In this document: positions 14,466 to 27,406 of the stretch, piece by piece
Layout of the letters: every line of letters begins with the position of its first letter
Numbering within the stretch: position 1 is the stretch's first letter
From: Octopus vulgaris
Lineage: Eukaryota
Assembly (NCBI GenBank): GCA_951406725.2
Contig: OX597814.1
Span: forward strand, 39,680,001-39,744,000
Length of the DNA stretch: 64,000 bases
Direction: 5' to 3'
Notes under the pieces: model-generated
The model's input: only the letters and a program-made list of their open reading frames with translations
The model's database searches: none
Told to the model about the DNA's origin: nothing
Translations under genes and position numbers: made by a program

Positions 14466-16677
14466 TCTTTTGTATTATTATTATCAACAGTGATAATAAT
14501 TCTTTCTTCTATAGGCACAAGGTCTGAAAATTGATGCAAAATTCTTGATTTGTTTATTTAAAAAAGTAGATGTCGCAACTTTTGGCTAATTGAGCTAACA
14601 CCCAGTGGTACTGTTGTTGGTTTCATTTAAAAAAGAAACCAAGACTATCACGGCTAGAATAATCTTGATCATACGCCTACTCGATCAGAGGATATATAGA
14701 TTTTAAAAAATGACTATAGCCACAACTTGTGCCAGTAGTATATATATACTGTAGCCGTTTTTCTTGTTTTTCATTGTACATTTTCTTTATGCAGAATTCA
14801 CTATTCAATTATTTTTTATGCGAGCAAATTTGTATTGACTAATTGTGTTTAGTTGTTATAATTATTGCCATCATGTATAGCTGTTATTTTTAGCCCTAGA
14901 TCGGCTTGTTATCGAGGAAAGTAAAAACCACAAGCATTTACGCCATGACCATGCACTGTTGTTCTTTTAGAATGGTGTACTTTTGATTCCAGCATAATAT
15001 ATATCTTTTTAAAAAAAAACAGAGTGTTGCTTGAAGTAGATTTAGCTGCTGTTTCTACTTAGTTTTATTTGCGTGGAGGAGGGTATTTTACTGTGGCAAA
15101 GAAAGAAGAAGCACTCCTTCGAATATTGCTTCAATTTCTGGGGATCAGGTCGGCAACAGTTCCTGACAGAAGACCTTGTTTGTGTAGAACATGTCATTCT
15201 GTTGTAACATTTCTTTTTAAAGCAAGAATATGTTTATCGCATTGATATACAAGGCATATTTTATTTTTGATTATTCGTCTTCCATGCATTGCCTACTCTA
15301 TTTCTGTCAAGCTTAAAATATTCTGTTATATTCATAACCTCCACTATAGTAGAATACACCGCTTGACTTACCACGCGATTTCCGAATAATATTTTGATTA
15401 TCAACTCCAAAAACTGTCCAGAATATGATATATATTATTTTTCAGTATTTTTCATAAAACTTCCTTGTTCTTTTCTTTTTGCTTTCCTTCTTCTACTCAA
15501 ACTTATGCTTATTTCATGACCATTTTTTCCCTCTTTTATTATGATCTTCATATTGAATAAATGTAGATATGTTGAGCACAACATGTGCATTTCTTTAGTG
15601 AATCCCTTCTTGCTTGAAATAGTGCTTATGCAGAAAAAAGAAACACCTCTACCCTTAGATGTGTTTTGAATAATATCACTATACTTATTATGAAGTTACA
15701 AGTGAAAATGTAATCTAAGCACTAGGTTTCAAATTATAAAGAGTATACAACTGACAGTACTAGAACCATCTATCTTGCGCGGGATTATTTTGTTAAACAT
15801 TATGCAAAAACACATTTGCTTCTTAAATATGTAACACAAATTGCATGCACTCTTTTATCTTTAATGCGCTATCACCACTACATAATTCCTCAGCAATTCA
15901 GTTATTAATAATATATTTCATCGGAGCATATCGAAACAGAATGAACTTTTGCTAGTTTGGAATATAAGAAAAATAGCGTTCCCTTTTTTGCAGCAAGTAA
16001 CTGACAAATCAACTTGAGACTTAAAACTGCTCTATTTTATAATTGTGAATTCGAAATTAATGCTACTGTTATTAATGCTACTCCCATTTCTAATAAAACA
16101 GGTAGTGATCTTCCACGTTTAGAGACCGCTAGCGAAGGAAAGTGAATCTAACATCTTATGACAATATGGATACATGACTATATATATATATATATATATA
16201 TATTACAACTGTAATAAAAAAATAAAAAAGAAAACATGTATTTGTTTTACTGTCAATATATATTGGAGATATAGGAATGCCACAGTCTCAAAGAAGGGTT
16301 CTATCATCAAAACCAGGCATAAACATGATAGGGTAAACGACAATGGGATTTGGCAGACATATACTGCAAGGAAATAAGTTGTATAGATAAACACACACCG
16401 GCACGTATAGATGTAAACACAAACATACGCACACACATATACACCCATAAACACACCTACACACACATATAAACATATATATGCTTTTATAAAGGAAATG
16501 ATAACAGTGATTTCTAAATTTCGGCTTCTCAATCAAATGAAAGCGAAAAAGTTGAAACTTAGAAGTCACTGGCATTATTTTCCTTTCAGATGTTAATAAA
16601 TATGCACTCTACGAAAGACTATCTATTCATCTTTATGTTTAATGGTAGATTGTTTTGTACATACCTTCACATAAAGC

Positions 16678-16763
<86 letters not shown>

Positions 16764-17574
16764 TTAAAATATATATGTGCTTGTGCGTGTATGTATAGTT
16801 TGTGTGTAGGTATGTATGTATGTTTGTATGTGTGCCTCTATGTGCATGCGTGATTTTTTTTGTCTATCCGTTGTCTTTTTGAGTGTACATACGTAAGTTG
16901 TGAGTGCCTAAGTCTACGAATGAGTGTTCAAACTCTTATTGAGTCTCCCTTTGTCATGCATTTTTCTCCATATTGTCAGCGTGTTTTCATCGTGATTGTC
17001 GTCCTCATCTGTACGCATTCGCATTTTTCCTCTTTCCTCTGTTATTCATGTTCTTTTTCCCACAGTATTATTAATAACATTTTTATTACAGCTATTGTAG
17101 ATTTACGACTGTCTACTTTTATTACATTTATAATTTATTTTCGATATAACTAATTTGTCAGTTACTTTTATTTATTGTTAATCTCTTGTTTTTTTTTCTC
17201 TCCTTTTCTTTGCATATCATTGTCCTCCGAATATTTCTTGTCGGCTTCATGGAACATTTTTCACCTGCGAACCATTTCATAGACTAAATGAAAATTGAAA
17301 CGTATTGGAAATGAAGATTAACCAATAGTAAATGCCTTCTAAATGAAACAAACATTCTAACAGAATAAATCAGTAATTGCTCGAGTACTGTTTATATATA
17401 TTAAACCTTTCTAGTATCTGAAATAAGAAAACAGCAACCAAATAACAATAACAGAAATTTTGCAATAAGAACCATTGAAAACCACGAGCATCAACATACA
17501 GCAGCATCAATAATAACGTAATTAATAACTTCAACGGCACTAGTTAACAAAAGGGAGATAAGATATCATACACA

Positions 17575-17868
17575 ATGAAACACAGAGCAATTGTAATCTG
17601 CCAACGGAGATGGATGCTCCTTTGTACATTCTTCACGTTATGTAATATAGCATTGATTGGAAAAACAGAGGCATATACGAAATACCGCTGTCATTTTCCA
17701 AAATTTCTAGAGGTTCCAGAAGGCTGGTCGGTTCAATACACTGATGGCAGTCATAAAGCAATCATTGAAAAAGGAAAACTTGATGCGAAATCATGCGTCG
17801 CTCAGTGCCAAGAATTCGTCAGATACTGCCAAGAAGAGAAAGAAAACGGAAAATATGTCGTCTCACAT
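17575..17868 (+). CDS. Coding exon 1 of a secreted cysteine-rich protein (signal peptide and start of first ectodomain module)
   Basis: Non-repetitive ORF with a hydrophobic leader (WMLLCTFFTLCNIALIG..EA) followed by CHFPKFL....GW. It ends at donor CAT|GTAAGA after 98 codons (phase 0), matching the phase-0 acceptor at 32345/32346. Confidence 0.8.
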
Positions 17869-18152
17869 GTAAGAAACTCAAATTTTCTGATTTGCTTCTA
17901 AAATTTGCTTCTACAATGTGATTTCATGAGTTTATGTCCTTGCATGTTCTTCCGTTCTGAATTTCTGTTATAATGTAAACCATTCATTCCACTTTCACCC
18001 ACCACTTATAACCCATTTTCTGAAAATTCTAATATGCAATTTTTCATGTATTTCGTTGTATATTGCATTATAAACATTGTTCAAACAAGCTATATATACA
18101 TGTGTGTGCGCGTGCGTGTATGTGTGTGCATATACGTGTGTGCATATATGTG

Positions 18153-18197
<45 letters not shown>

Positions 18198-18205
18198 CAT
18201 GCATA

Positions 18206-18255
<50 letters not shown>

Positions 18256-18298
18256 CATATTTACATATATATACATATAGATATACATACATATATAT

Positions 18299-18347
<49 letters not shown>

Positions 18348-18420
18348 CATATATACATATATATATATAAATATAGATACATATATATATATATAGATAC
18401 ATATAATATATATATATATG

Positions 18421-18459
<39 letters not shown>

Positions 18460-18980
18460 GTATGTATTTATAACCATTTCTGTTTTCCTTTTTATGGTGT
18501 TCGTCTTGATTTATATATACTTTTAATATTTTCATCATTCATTTCATTTTCATTGTGTTACATCTTCCTGTTTCTATTTTCCTGTTCTGCAGTTTCTTTC
18601 TTTCGTTATTTTCATCAAATTGCTATCCATCTGTTACACTTTCCGTAAATTTATTTGATGCGCCGTTCGTTTCTGTTCACAAAATAAAAGCAAACTCTTT
18701 CTTTCAGTTAAAAATAAAAGCTTGCTTAAAGGAAAGGTAGCGCACTGCAGTGTATCTAAAAATATATTAGCAAAACAAGCTATCGAATAAGGAAGCGTTT
18801 ATACACATATGTAGCAAATAGATAGATATACGCACGCAGAAACACACGCGCGCACGCACAAACATACACACATGCACACAGACACACATGCACACACTCA
18901 TGCATATGAGTGTGTACATACGCATTTATCTCTATTACTCTCTGCCTGGCTATCTAGCTGTGCGTCTCTCCTTCAGTGTG

Positions 18981-19017
<37 letters not shown>

Positions 19018-19021
<4 letters not shown>

Positions 19022-20304
19022 CACGGTGAATAAATTGTCGTCTAAATTACGCAAAATTGAAAATAACACTGACTTCTGATTTTAACAGATATATTTTCCA
19101 AAAATCAAATAAAAATATATTGAAAGACTTAAGCGTAAATGTATTCAATAACATTACCATTGTCTTCAACCACAGCCTCTAGACGACTTCGGAATCACCT
19201 GCAACTCTTCTGGACGGTCTCCTTGTTTACGTTGATGAATGCAGCCGTAATCTTTGCCTTTAGTTCAACTTAGGTGTTACAAGGAATTCTGTTGGTCACT
19301 TGCTCAAGAGAGCTCTAAAATAATAATCAAGGGGTTGGGTTGCAGTCTGGGAAGTTCGGTGACCCGATGCTAAAGGAGATGTTTTCGCAGAAATTTCTAG
19401 ATTCTCCAGTTTATGTGGCATGGTGCAGAGTCCTCTTGCTAGATATAAGATCTTTCAGCAGCTACCCTCTTGATTCAAGACAGTACTGCTTCCTCCAGGC
19501 AATTGATGTAGGGCTCCGTGCTGAGTCTAAGGTTGTGTGGAAAGATGACTGGAGGCATAACGTCGCCTTAACTAGTGCGCACTCTAAACACCATGATGTT
19601 GCCTGGCTGTTTGATTTTGATCGCTCTCGGTACATGTTTTGGGAACAGGGCAAGCCAACAGTTGTTCCGTATGTTCATCAACTGATCATGGCAGAAATTG
19701 TTTTCGTCTGAGAAGAACCAAAGCATGTTTGGTTGGAGGGGATGCTTGAGTTTGTTCAAAAGCTTTGTTCCACTGTCTTTCATCTCGTCTTCGATGGGCT
19801 GGGATAAAAATTGAACCTTTCTTATCTTGTATGAATAATACTAAATGTCTCCATGTACTATCTGCCCGATAAGAAACTCAGACAATCCCATGTCCTTCAT
19901 GATGAACCTGATCGACTTCGAGGGATCGTTGTCAATCTTAGCCCGGATCTCACCAACAAACTAATGAGCTCTCTTATCAGAATGATCTGAGTGAGTTTTT
20001 CGAGGTTCCGTACCTTCGCATTTGATTCGAGCTTGCGTACCTTCGCAATTTCCGAGTCCTCTGCAGTCCTCAGATTGATACCCAAACACTCTGAATTGTT
20101 CGTATTAGAGTTTCCGGTGTGAATGCAGTACAGCAGAAGCTTTCCAAATTTCTGGCAAAGTGAAATGCGCCATCGTGCTGTTTTTCTCAGAAACTGTGCC
20201 AAACAGGCCCTTCTAAACTGTGTAGTCGACAAAGTAAAACAAAACAATGCGCATGTACGAAATTAGAAATATAAAATGGCTACAATTTAACCATTGCACC
20301 TTTA
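19018..20304 (-). mobile_element. Decayed Tc1/mariner-superfamily transposon (maT/DD37D-like)
   Basis: Minus-strand remnants read WFFSDENNF, IMVF...GDVMPPVIF, QEDSAPCH, PNFPDCNP and FRSRLEAVVEDNG. The ends are imperfect TIRs (GAATAAATTGTCG near 19030; CTACAATTTAACCATTGCACC near 20290). Confidence 0.8.
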
Positions 20305-20439
20305 TACACACACATACACACACATGTATGTATGTACGTATATATGCATATTTTACTGATTATTGCAGATTCCGCAAAAAAGTCTATCTTTTGTTTGTTT
20401 CTTACTCCCTGAGAAATACCAATTTCCTTAATTACAATG

Positions 20440-20730
20440 ACCACAAGTTATCTGGCACCATGCCTTCTCGCCATGATACGATTAGGTGTGTATCGTAGAA
20501 AGAATGTGTTCTGCACAACTGTTACAAATCTGGTCGGTCTGCACTAGATAGTATGTTCTGTGCAAGATTGACTGACGTACAACATTCTACATGCAAATGC
20601 GTAATGCCAACCTAATTTTAGCTCATCTTCCAGGACAAAATAATCCCTTTCCTTTGTTTCGGGTGACTTAATCACACCTACTATTGAAATCCACATATCG
20701 AAACCCATAATCATTAACACTAAACGCAAT
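20440..20730 (-). mobile_element. Possible LINE AP-endonuclease relic
   Basis: Weak resemblance only: KSPETKERDYFVL to the W.SP...IDY.L motif, and a downstream RTY..AD-like segment. Confidence 0.3.
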
Positions 20731-21861
20731 TCTTTAGATGTGACACTTATGAGTTAAAAATCCAGGAAAGTACGAAATTGTTCGTTGGAAATTATATGTA
20801 CTGCAATAACTAAATGAGTACAGTAAGGAAGGAGATTTATCCAGGCGTTCAACGTTTAAAACCTCTCCCGATTTCTCGGTTGCTACGGAGCCGTATTTTG
20901 AAATTATCTAGCAAATTCCCAAAATACCATTATATGCTGGTTTTGAACAGGAGTTTGTAAGTTGCACTTCTGGATGAGAAAAGTATTGCTGTCCTTTTCA
21001 AGCTTTCAACTACAGCATTTTATTTACTGCGGCAAATAGATTGTCATGCTCATAGCCTCTGATAATGGCTTATGATACTGATAATAGTCTGCCAGTTCGT
21101 AAGAATACTGTAATGAATATAATATCACTTCCTCAACAAGGAATGATGCTAAAAATATTCCTAGTTGAGTTATGCACAGAAAAATTAGAATATCTCTTCT
21201 AATCGTTTCATAAAGTCAAAACAAAACCAGATTTAGGTATATAATATGATGAAAATAAAAAGATTGCGATTAGTGAAGAAGCACTTCAGATACAGATATT
21301 TTCATTCTGAAATAAAACACTGAATGATTATGTATGAATAGTGATTGAATTTTTTGTAAGCAACTTAATGTTCATTTAGGTTTTCCTGACTGTATGGGTA
21401 ATATAAGCGTTCATATATTCGTATATTAATATTTAACCTATATTTATACATTAAAATGCTTTCCGAAACAAGAGTACACTTCACGTTAATGACAGTGGAG
21501 AATCTATATGATGTTGCACGAGAACTCTGATATGTATGCATTGTTTCCTATAGTAGAAACAGCCGTAAGCTAATATAATTGATAATGTAATTTTTGTTCC
21601 CTTTTCATGCAATTATTAATGTGATTAAAGAGTAATTTATTGTAATCACGTGTTTACAGTTATATTTTGAATATGAAAAATTCATTGAGAAATTGCCTCA
21701 AATGATGTCGCTTACACACCCGAAGCTTAAACGAATGGCACGCATTTGCAGTCACTTCACTCGAAGTATTGCACATAGTGTTGTGTGATACTACAATAGG
21801 GATGTCATACATTTATACAAAGGTCCATTTTCGCTACGGCAATATATAAAAGCATTCTGTA

Positions 21862-22480
21862 TACTAGGTGATATGAAAAAAATCCCGGACTAGGTATGTT
21901 TAATAAAAAAAATGCTTAATAAAAATAATCCAGTCCTTCGCGCTCCACAGATCTGGTCACTTTAGCTGACTGTCTTCTCTAAAACGCTTCAAAGCGTTGC
22001 AGTAGAACTTTCCATTGAAATTTTTTCTCAGGGAGACAAATTCTCGATATGGGATACCACATTTCTAGAGTTGACGCTCGTGGCAGATCTTCCACATCGG
22101 TCATCGTCTTCCTGATCACTCACAGCCTTTTAGGGACGTTCTTCCGCTTTTGAAACATTCGAAATGGTGCATACGACCCATTGCCTCGTCGCTGTAAGCT
22201 TACTGAATCATGCTCAATGTTTCTGTAGCAAACATCCCAAGTTTAACACGAAATTTCGCGTTGATTCTTTGTTCCTGTCCATGACAAAATCGCATATTAC
22301 AGCAAACGCGTGATCACAAAGAAACACAAATTTCATAACTTGCGAAGTAAACGCAGCGACATTACTCGACACACTGTCTCATGGCGGTCATTGCTAGCTC
22401 AAACTGCACATGCAACCGTGTGGTGACATCCGTTGGCGTGCCACAAAACTAGTCTGTGAAACTTTTCATACTACCTGGTA
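21862..22480 (-). mobile_element. Internally deleted mariner element
   Basis: TA-flanked TIRs TACTAGGTGATATGAAAA...GACTAG / CTAGTC...TTTTCATACTACCTGGTA. The minus strand encodes a mariner N-terminal HTH remnant (AKFRVKLGMFATETLSMIQ*AYSDEAMGR...FKSGRTSL). Confidence 0.8.
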
Positions 22481-24249
22481 GAATTAAGTAGAAAATTTAC
22501 TTCCATACTTAAAATAATAATGCAGCTCCAATATTTAAAAACACGTTTAATAGGTTTAATAGGCTTTAACTATATCACAAATATTAATTAACAGTAAACA
22601 GAAACATTTAAGCTATTATATAACTAACATTTTTTGTACATCGGAAATCATACATTTTTGTCAATATATAGAAAAATTACTTACAGTAAATACTGAATAT
22701 TTTATATATATTGTCATTTATTAATGTCTCCGAACTTCGTTTAGTCATTGATAAAAACAAATCGATAAGATAACATGGTTCCCATATTAAACTCCAAAGA
22801 GAGGTTTATCTTTAAAAGAATTTCAGAAATGTTTTTAATAAATGTTCATTTAATTCAGTCTATTTAAAATTCACTGTTGAAATATAATAGCACATTTTGT
22901 TAGACTTTATAGTTTTGATTAATATTGATTTTTGTCAATGACATGTTCAGAGAATGAATAATAAAATTTTTCATCGATATCACAAAATTTTAATTATTAA
23001 ATGTTGGATTATTGAACATAGTTGTTCGCCTACCAAAGTATAAACAAATATTTCGAGTCCATTGTTGTAAACAAACAATTAAACTCAACTCCGTAATAGT
23101 GGACTATGTGGTTACAAAAACACGCTAAAGTTTTCTTTTTTTAACATTAATACAGACTCTATGATATAAAGGAGTCACTGGCGCCAATAAGCACATTTGG
23201 TTTTAAATACTGCAGCATTGAGAAGTGAGGTGTGCAGCTCAAAAGAACAATACACGCCCAATCCGTGATTCGAACACGCGACCATTTGATCGATTATCTA
23301 ATACTTTAAATGGATTATCGTCTTCACACACACGCGCAGAATGCATGCATGTATGCATGCGTATATACATGCATTATACTTTAAACAGAGTCTGGATAGA
23401 TTCCTTCAAAGAATACCAGATAAGCCACCCATAATTGGATACAACTCACCCAACAAGAACTCAATACTTGAACAAAACTTGACTTAAACAGGATTCGAAT
23501 AATCCTATCAGGTGGTGCTATTAAGTTAGACATGGCCTGGACCAATCTTTGGTCGAAACATATCTAAGTTTATCTAAGTCTAGGTTTATATATCGACAGA
23601 AAGAGAAAGACATAGAAATAGAGAAAGAAAGAGATATGAGTTTGTGGGGAAACATGACGTTTTGCGTCAGCAGTGTTTGTTCTTTATACAAAACTTAGTA
23701 AAGTGCAACGTAGTGAGACTGAACCTGGAATCATGTGGTTGGGAAGCTAGCTTTTTTTACTATCCAGCCACGCCTGAGCCTATGCATGTACATTTATATG
23801 ATTATTCTGCCCAGCGATAAAAGGGGACCCGTTTTACTATAAATTTTCAACATGTTTATTTAATGTTAACCTCAACATCTGTTTTTATTGCTCTTAACTT
23901 TGCACTAGAAAAGGTGATTTAAATCCACACAACGATATCAATTGTAATGCCATTTTTACTACGCAGCATGATGAACTGAGTTAATGTGTTTATTACTCTG
24001 CCGTTTATAGAATTAGCTTTAATTAGCTTTTGATTATACTACATAATTAATATTAATATGAAAAACAAACAGTAAAATGCTAGTAATCTTGTGTGAGAGA
24101 AACTTTTTAGGAAAAATTTATAGACATAGATACATACGTATATTTATGTATGTGTACGTTTATGTATAGCAAATAAATGCGTGTGACTAACTGATCCAGA
24201 TCTTACGATAATTGATGTTTTTGGATGACAGATTATTCATAAAAAACGA

Positions 24250-24564
24250 TAAACGTCGCCCTTTTCAAGCCTAGCCAGACTCATGGGCCCGGTTTCCCGG
24301 TTTCTGTGGCGTAAGTGTTCCCCACCAGCTGGACGGGACGCCAGTGCATCGCAGCGTTACTCAAGAGACAGGAAGAGAGAGTGAGAGAAAGTTGGGGCAA
24401 AAGAGTACAACAGGGGTCGCCACCCTTCCCCCCTGACGGAGCCTCGTGGAGCTTTTAGGTGATTTAGCTCAATAAACATACAGAACGCCCGGTCTGGGAA
24501 TCGAAAGCGCGATTCTCCGACCGCGAGTCCGCTGCCCTAACCACTGGGCCATTGCACCTCCACC
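24250..24564 (-). mobile_element. tRNA-derived SINE, well preserved
   Basis: The minus strand starts GGTGGAGGTGCAATGGCCCAGTGGTTAGGGCAGCGGACTCGCGGTC...TTCGATTCCC (A and B boxes), followed by a GC-rich body. Confidence 0.85.
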
Positions 24565-24758
24565 AAATAAAACATAAAGAGCTGAAAGAAGATTAGATGC
24601 AATACCGATTCCGAAAAGTTATACCTCTGACTTCGTCGTTCATCTCAAGATATTGTATAAAATATATGCAATACTATGTGTTTCACTGATTATTCAGTTT
24701 CCCACCCAATTTGTGCCTTTGCTTCAAAATTACAAATTATTATTACAAGAAGTTGTAA

Positions 24759-24985
24759 GGCGGCGAGCTGCCAGAACAGTTCGTGCACTGGACGAAATGC
24801 TTAACGGTATTTCGCCCGTCGCTACGGTCTGAGTTCAAATTTCGTTGATGACGACTTTGTCTCTCGTCCTTTCGGGATCGATAAAATATGTTCCTGTTGA
24901 AGACTGGAGTCGATGTAATCGGCTCATCCACTCCCAGAAAAAAAAAAACAGCGCTGCCCTTGCGGCAAAATTTGAAACTATTTTT
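24759..24985 (+). mobile_element. tRNA-derived SINE
   Basis: GGCGGCGAGCTG...GAAATGCTTAACGG...GAGTTCAAAT...TCCTTTCGGGATCGATAAAA, the same family as 14260-14465. Confidence 0.8.
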
Positions 24986-25614
24986 ACAAGAAGTCGTCCC
25001 TTAGATTTTTATTATATAAGTCCATGGTCTAAACTTCCTAGTTTCTAATTTCCTGCAAACATTACATACCAGTGAAACATGCGCTTCTATTTAACAAGAT
25101 ATATTATTCTCTACATATTATCAAAGTGAAATCATTTCTCTTTCTTGAATTGTCACAGATTACTATTTACATGACACTAATTATAGAGATTATCACAGAT
25201 TTCATCAAATAAACATAATTTTCCGATCGTACTCTGCCGCGAGTTAGGCATGTTTATTCTCACTGGAATCTGAATCAGACAGTGCTATATGTTGGAAATT
25301 TGTTCCACGTAAACTGGATGAGAGATTTAGTCCTTTTATCAGTTACTTGGTTTAAAACTTTCGCCTAATAAATGGGCCACATCCTAATCCATTTATGTTG
25401 CAAGCTTCTGGACAAGGGTGAAATTACAATATTTTGATTATGAGTGCAAGCCCTAACGGGAAGGCCATGCGACTACGCACACACGCGCGCGCATACACAC
25501 ATATTAAAAAATATATTAACACACTCCTGGTTAAGAAATCGGATTAAATTCTTATCTGGAACGTAGTCGTTAACAAAAGTGTGGTGTATTTGTATCTGTA
25601 CATTTATGTAGCTA

Positions 25615-26372
25615 AAGAAATCGAAACCAGGACTTATTCTTTGTAGTCTAGTACTTATTCTATCGTTCTATTTTGCCGAACCGCTAAGTTACGAGGACAT
25701 AAACGCATCAACATCGATTGTCAAGCGATGGTGGGTACAAGCACAGGCACAATGACACCCACGCATAAATACTCTTTACTCTTTTACTCTTTTACTTGTT
25801 TCAGTCATTTGACTGCGGCCATGCTGGAGCACCGCCTTTAATCGAGCAAATCGACCACGGGACTTATTCTTTTGTAAGCCCAGTAATTATCCTATCGCTC
25901 TCTTTTGCTGAACCGCTAAGTAACGGGGACATAAACACACCAGTATCGGTTGTCAAGCAATTCTAGGGGGGACAAACACAGACACACAAACACACACAGT
26001 CATATATATACATATATACGACGGGCTTCTTTCAGTTTCCGTCTACCAAATCCACTCACATGGCTTTGGTCGGCCCGAGGCTATAGTAGAAGACACTTGC
26101 CCAAGGTGCCACGCAGTGGGACTGAACCCGGAACCATGTGGTTGGTAAACAAGCTACTTACCACACAGCCACCCATATATATATACATTTATATATTAAT
26201 TTATACGAGGGTGTTTTTTCAATTCCCGTCTACCAAATCCACTCGTAAGGTTTTGTTCGGTCCGAAGCTATAATAGAAGAAAGTCGCCGAAGGTGCCACG
26301 CAGTGGGACTGAGCTGAGGAACATGTAATTCGGAAACAAACTTCTTACCATGCAGTCACGCTTGTGCCTACA
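25615..26372 (-). mobile_element. Cluster of tRNA-derived SINE copies (one near-complete at about 25780-26172 plus two partials)
   Basis: Head GGCTGTGTGGTAAGTAGCTTG...GGTTCAGTCCCACTGCGTGGCACCTT occurs twice. Body GACTTATTCTTTGTA...GAACCGCTAAG also occurs twice. A further head fragment lies at about 23700-23780. Confidence 0.85.
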
Positions 26373-26409
26373 CACACACAAACACACACAAGTATGTATT
26401 TATAAATAG

Positions 26410-26471
<62 letters not shown>

Positions 26472-26477
<6 letters not shown>

Positions 26478-27406
26478 GTTAAAAAAACACAAACTGGGAC
26501 AAGAACGTGAAACATTTTGAAGACGACAAAAAAACAACACAGACGGGACTTTCGAAGCTCTCAGTCATCAGTCAAGAACCAGATCATCTTCGCAATTTCG
26601 GCTGATTAATCTTGAGATTGCTCCAATCTGGGCAGCCCGCCAAGGGAAATCTAAGCCAGTCGCATTAGATTCCTTGGAAGAAAACCTCGAAAGTATACAA
26701 CACAGTGACGGAAAAACGGACGATGTTACTCGAAAAAAATTCAAAAATACGTAAAAACAATAACGATAGCACGGATAAGAATACAAAATAACGTAAAAAC
26801 AATAATAACAAAACCAGGACGTCAGGACAAGCGTCTTTCGACAGGACGAGTTGAGTATAGGGCCTGGCTGTGGTAAAAATGCCTGAAGGCAAACGGAGCA
26901 GAAACAATTACGTGTGGTCACACCAACTACTTGATGCGAAAAGGCAGTAGTAGCTAGCTGGTCACGTGAGCACAAAAGGGAGAAAGGGACAGATGAAGAG
27001 AGAAGCAAGAGAGGGAAAGGGACAGGTCAAGTGGGGTATAAGGTCTGAGAGGCAGAGAAATGTGGGAGAGGAGGGACGGAGGAAGAGAGAAAGAAAGGGG
27101 AACAAGGGAGGAGAAGAAAAAGAGGGAAAGAGATAGAACAAGGGGAGTGCAAAGGGTGAAGGCAGAGAAAAGTAGGAGAGGGGGGAAAGAGAGACAGTGT
27201 AGTCGAGTCGTACCAATGTTAGAGAGTAATATACTTACAGTATAGGGTCAAAAGGTAGGATACGTAGCCGCCGTGTATATATGTAAACGTTAAAAAAACA
27301 CAAACTGGGACAAGAACGTGAACCATTTTGAAGACGACAAAAAAACAACACAGACGGGACTTTCGAAGCTCTCAGTCATCAGTCAAGAACCAGATCATCT
27401 TCGCAA
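26472..27406. mobile_element. Non-coding element: 811-bp unit plus 124-bp terminal direct repeat, embedded in (TA)n
   Basis: 26472-26595 and 27283-27406 are identical except at one base (GAAAC/GAACC). There are TA runs on both sides and no convincing protein motif. Confidence 0.85.

Noticed and set aside
17869-17901. End of the 108-aa ORF as a stand-alone small secreted protein
   Set aside because: A consensus GTAAGA donor and an in-phase continuation that completes the repeated module favour splicing.
24490-24564. tRNA gene
   Set aside because: A/B boxes are present, but the sequence continues into a repeat body and I could not close an acceptor stem. It is a SINE head, as are 26100-26172 and 39975-40040.
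26472-27406. LTR retrotransposon or CRISPR-like array
   Set aside because: There are only two repeats, no spacer series, and no PBS or gag/pol remnants. The context is eukaryotic.
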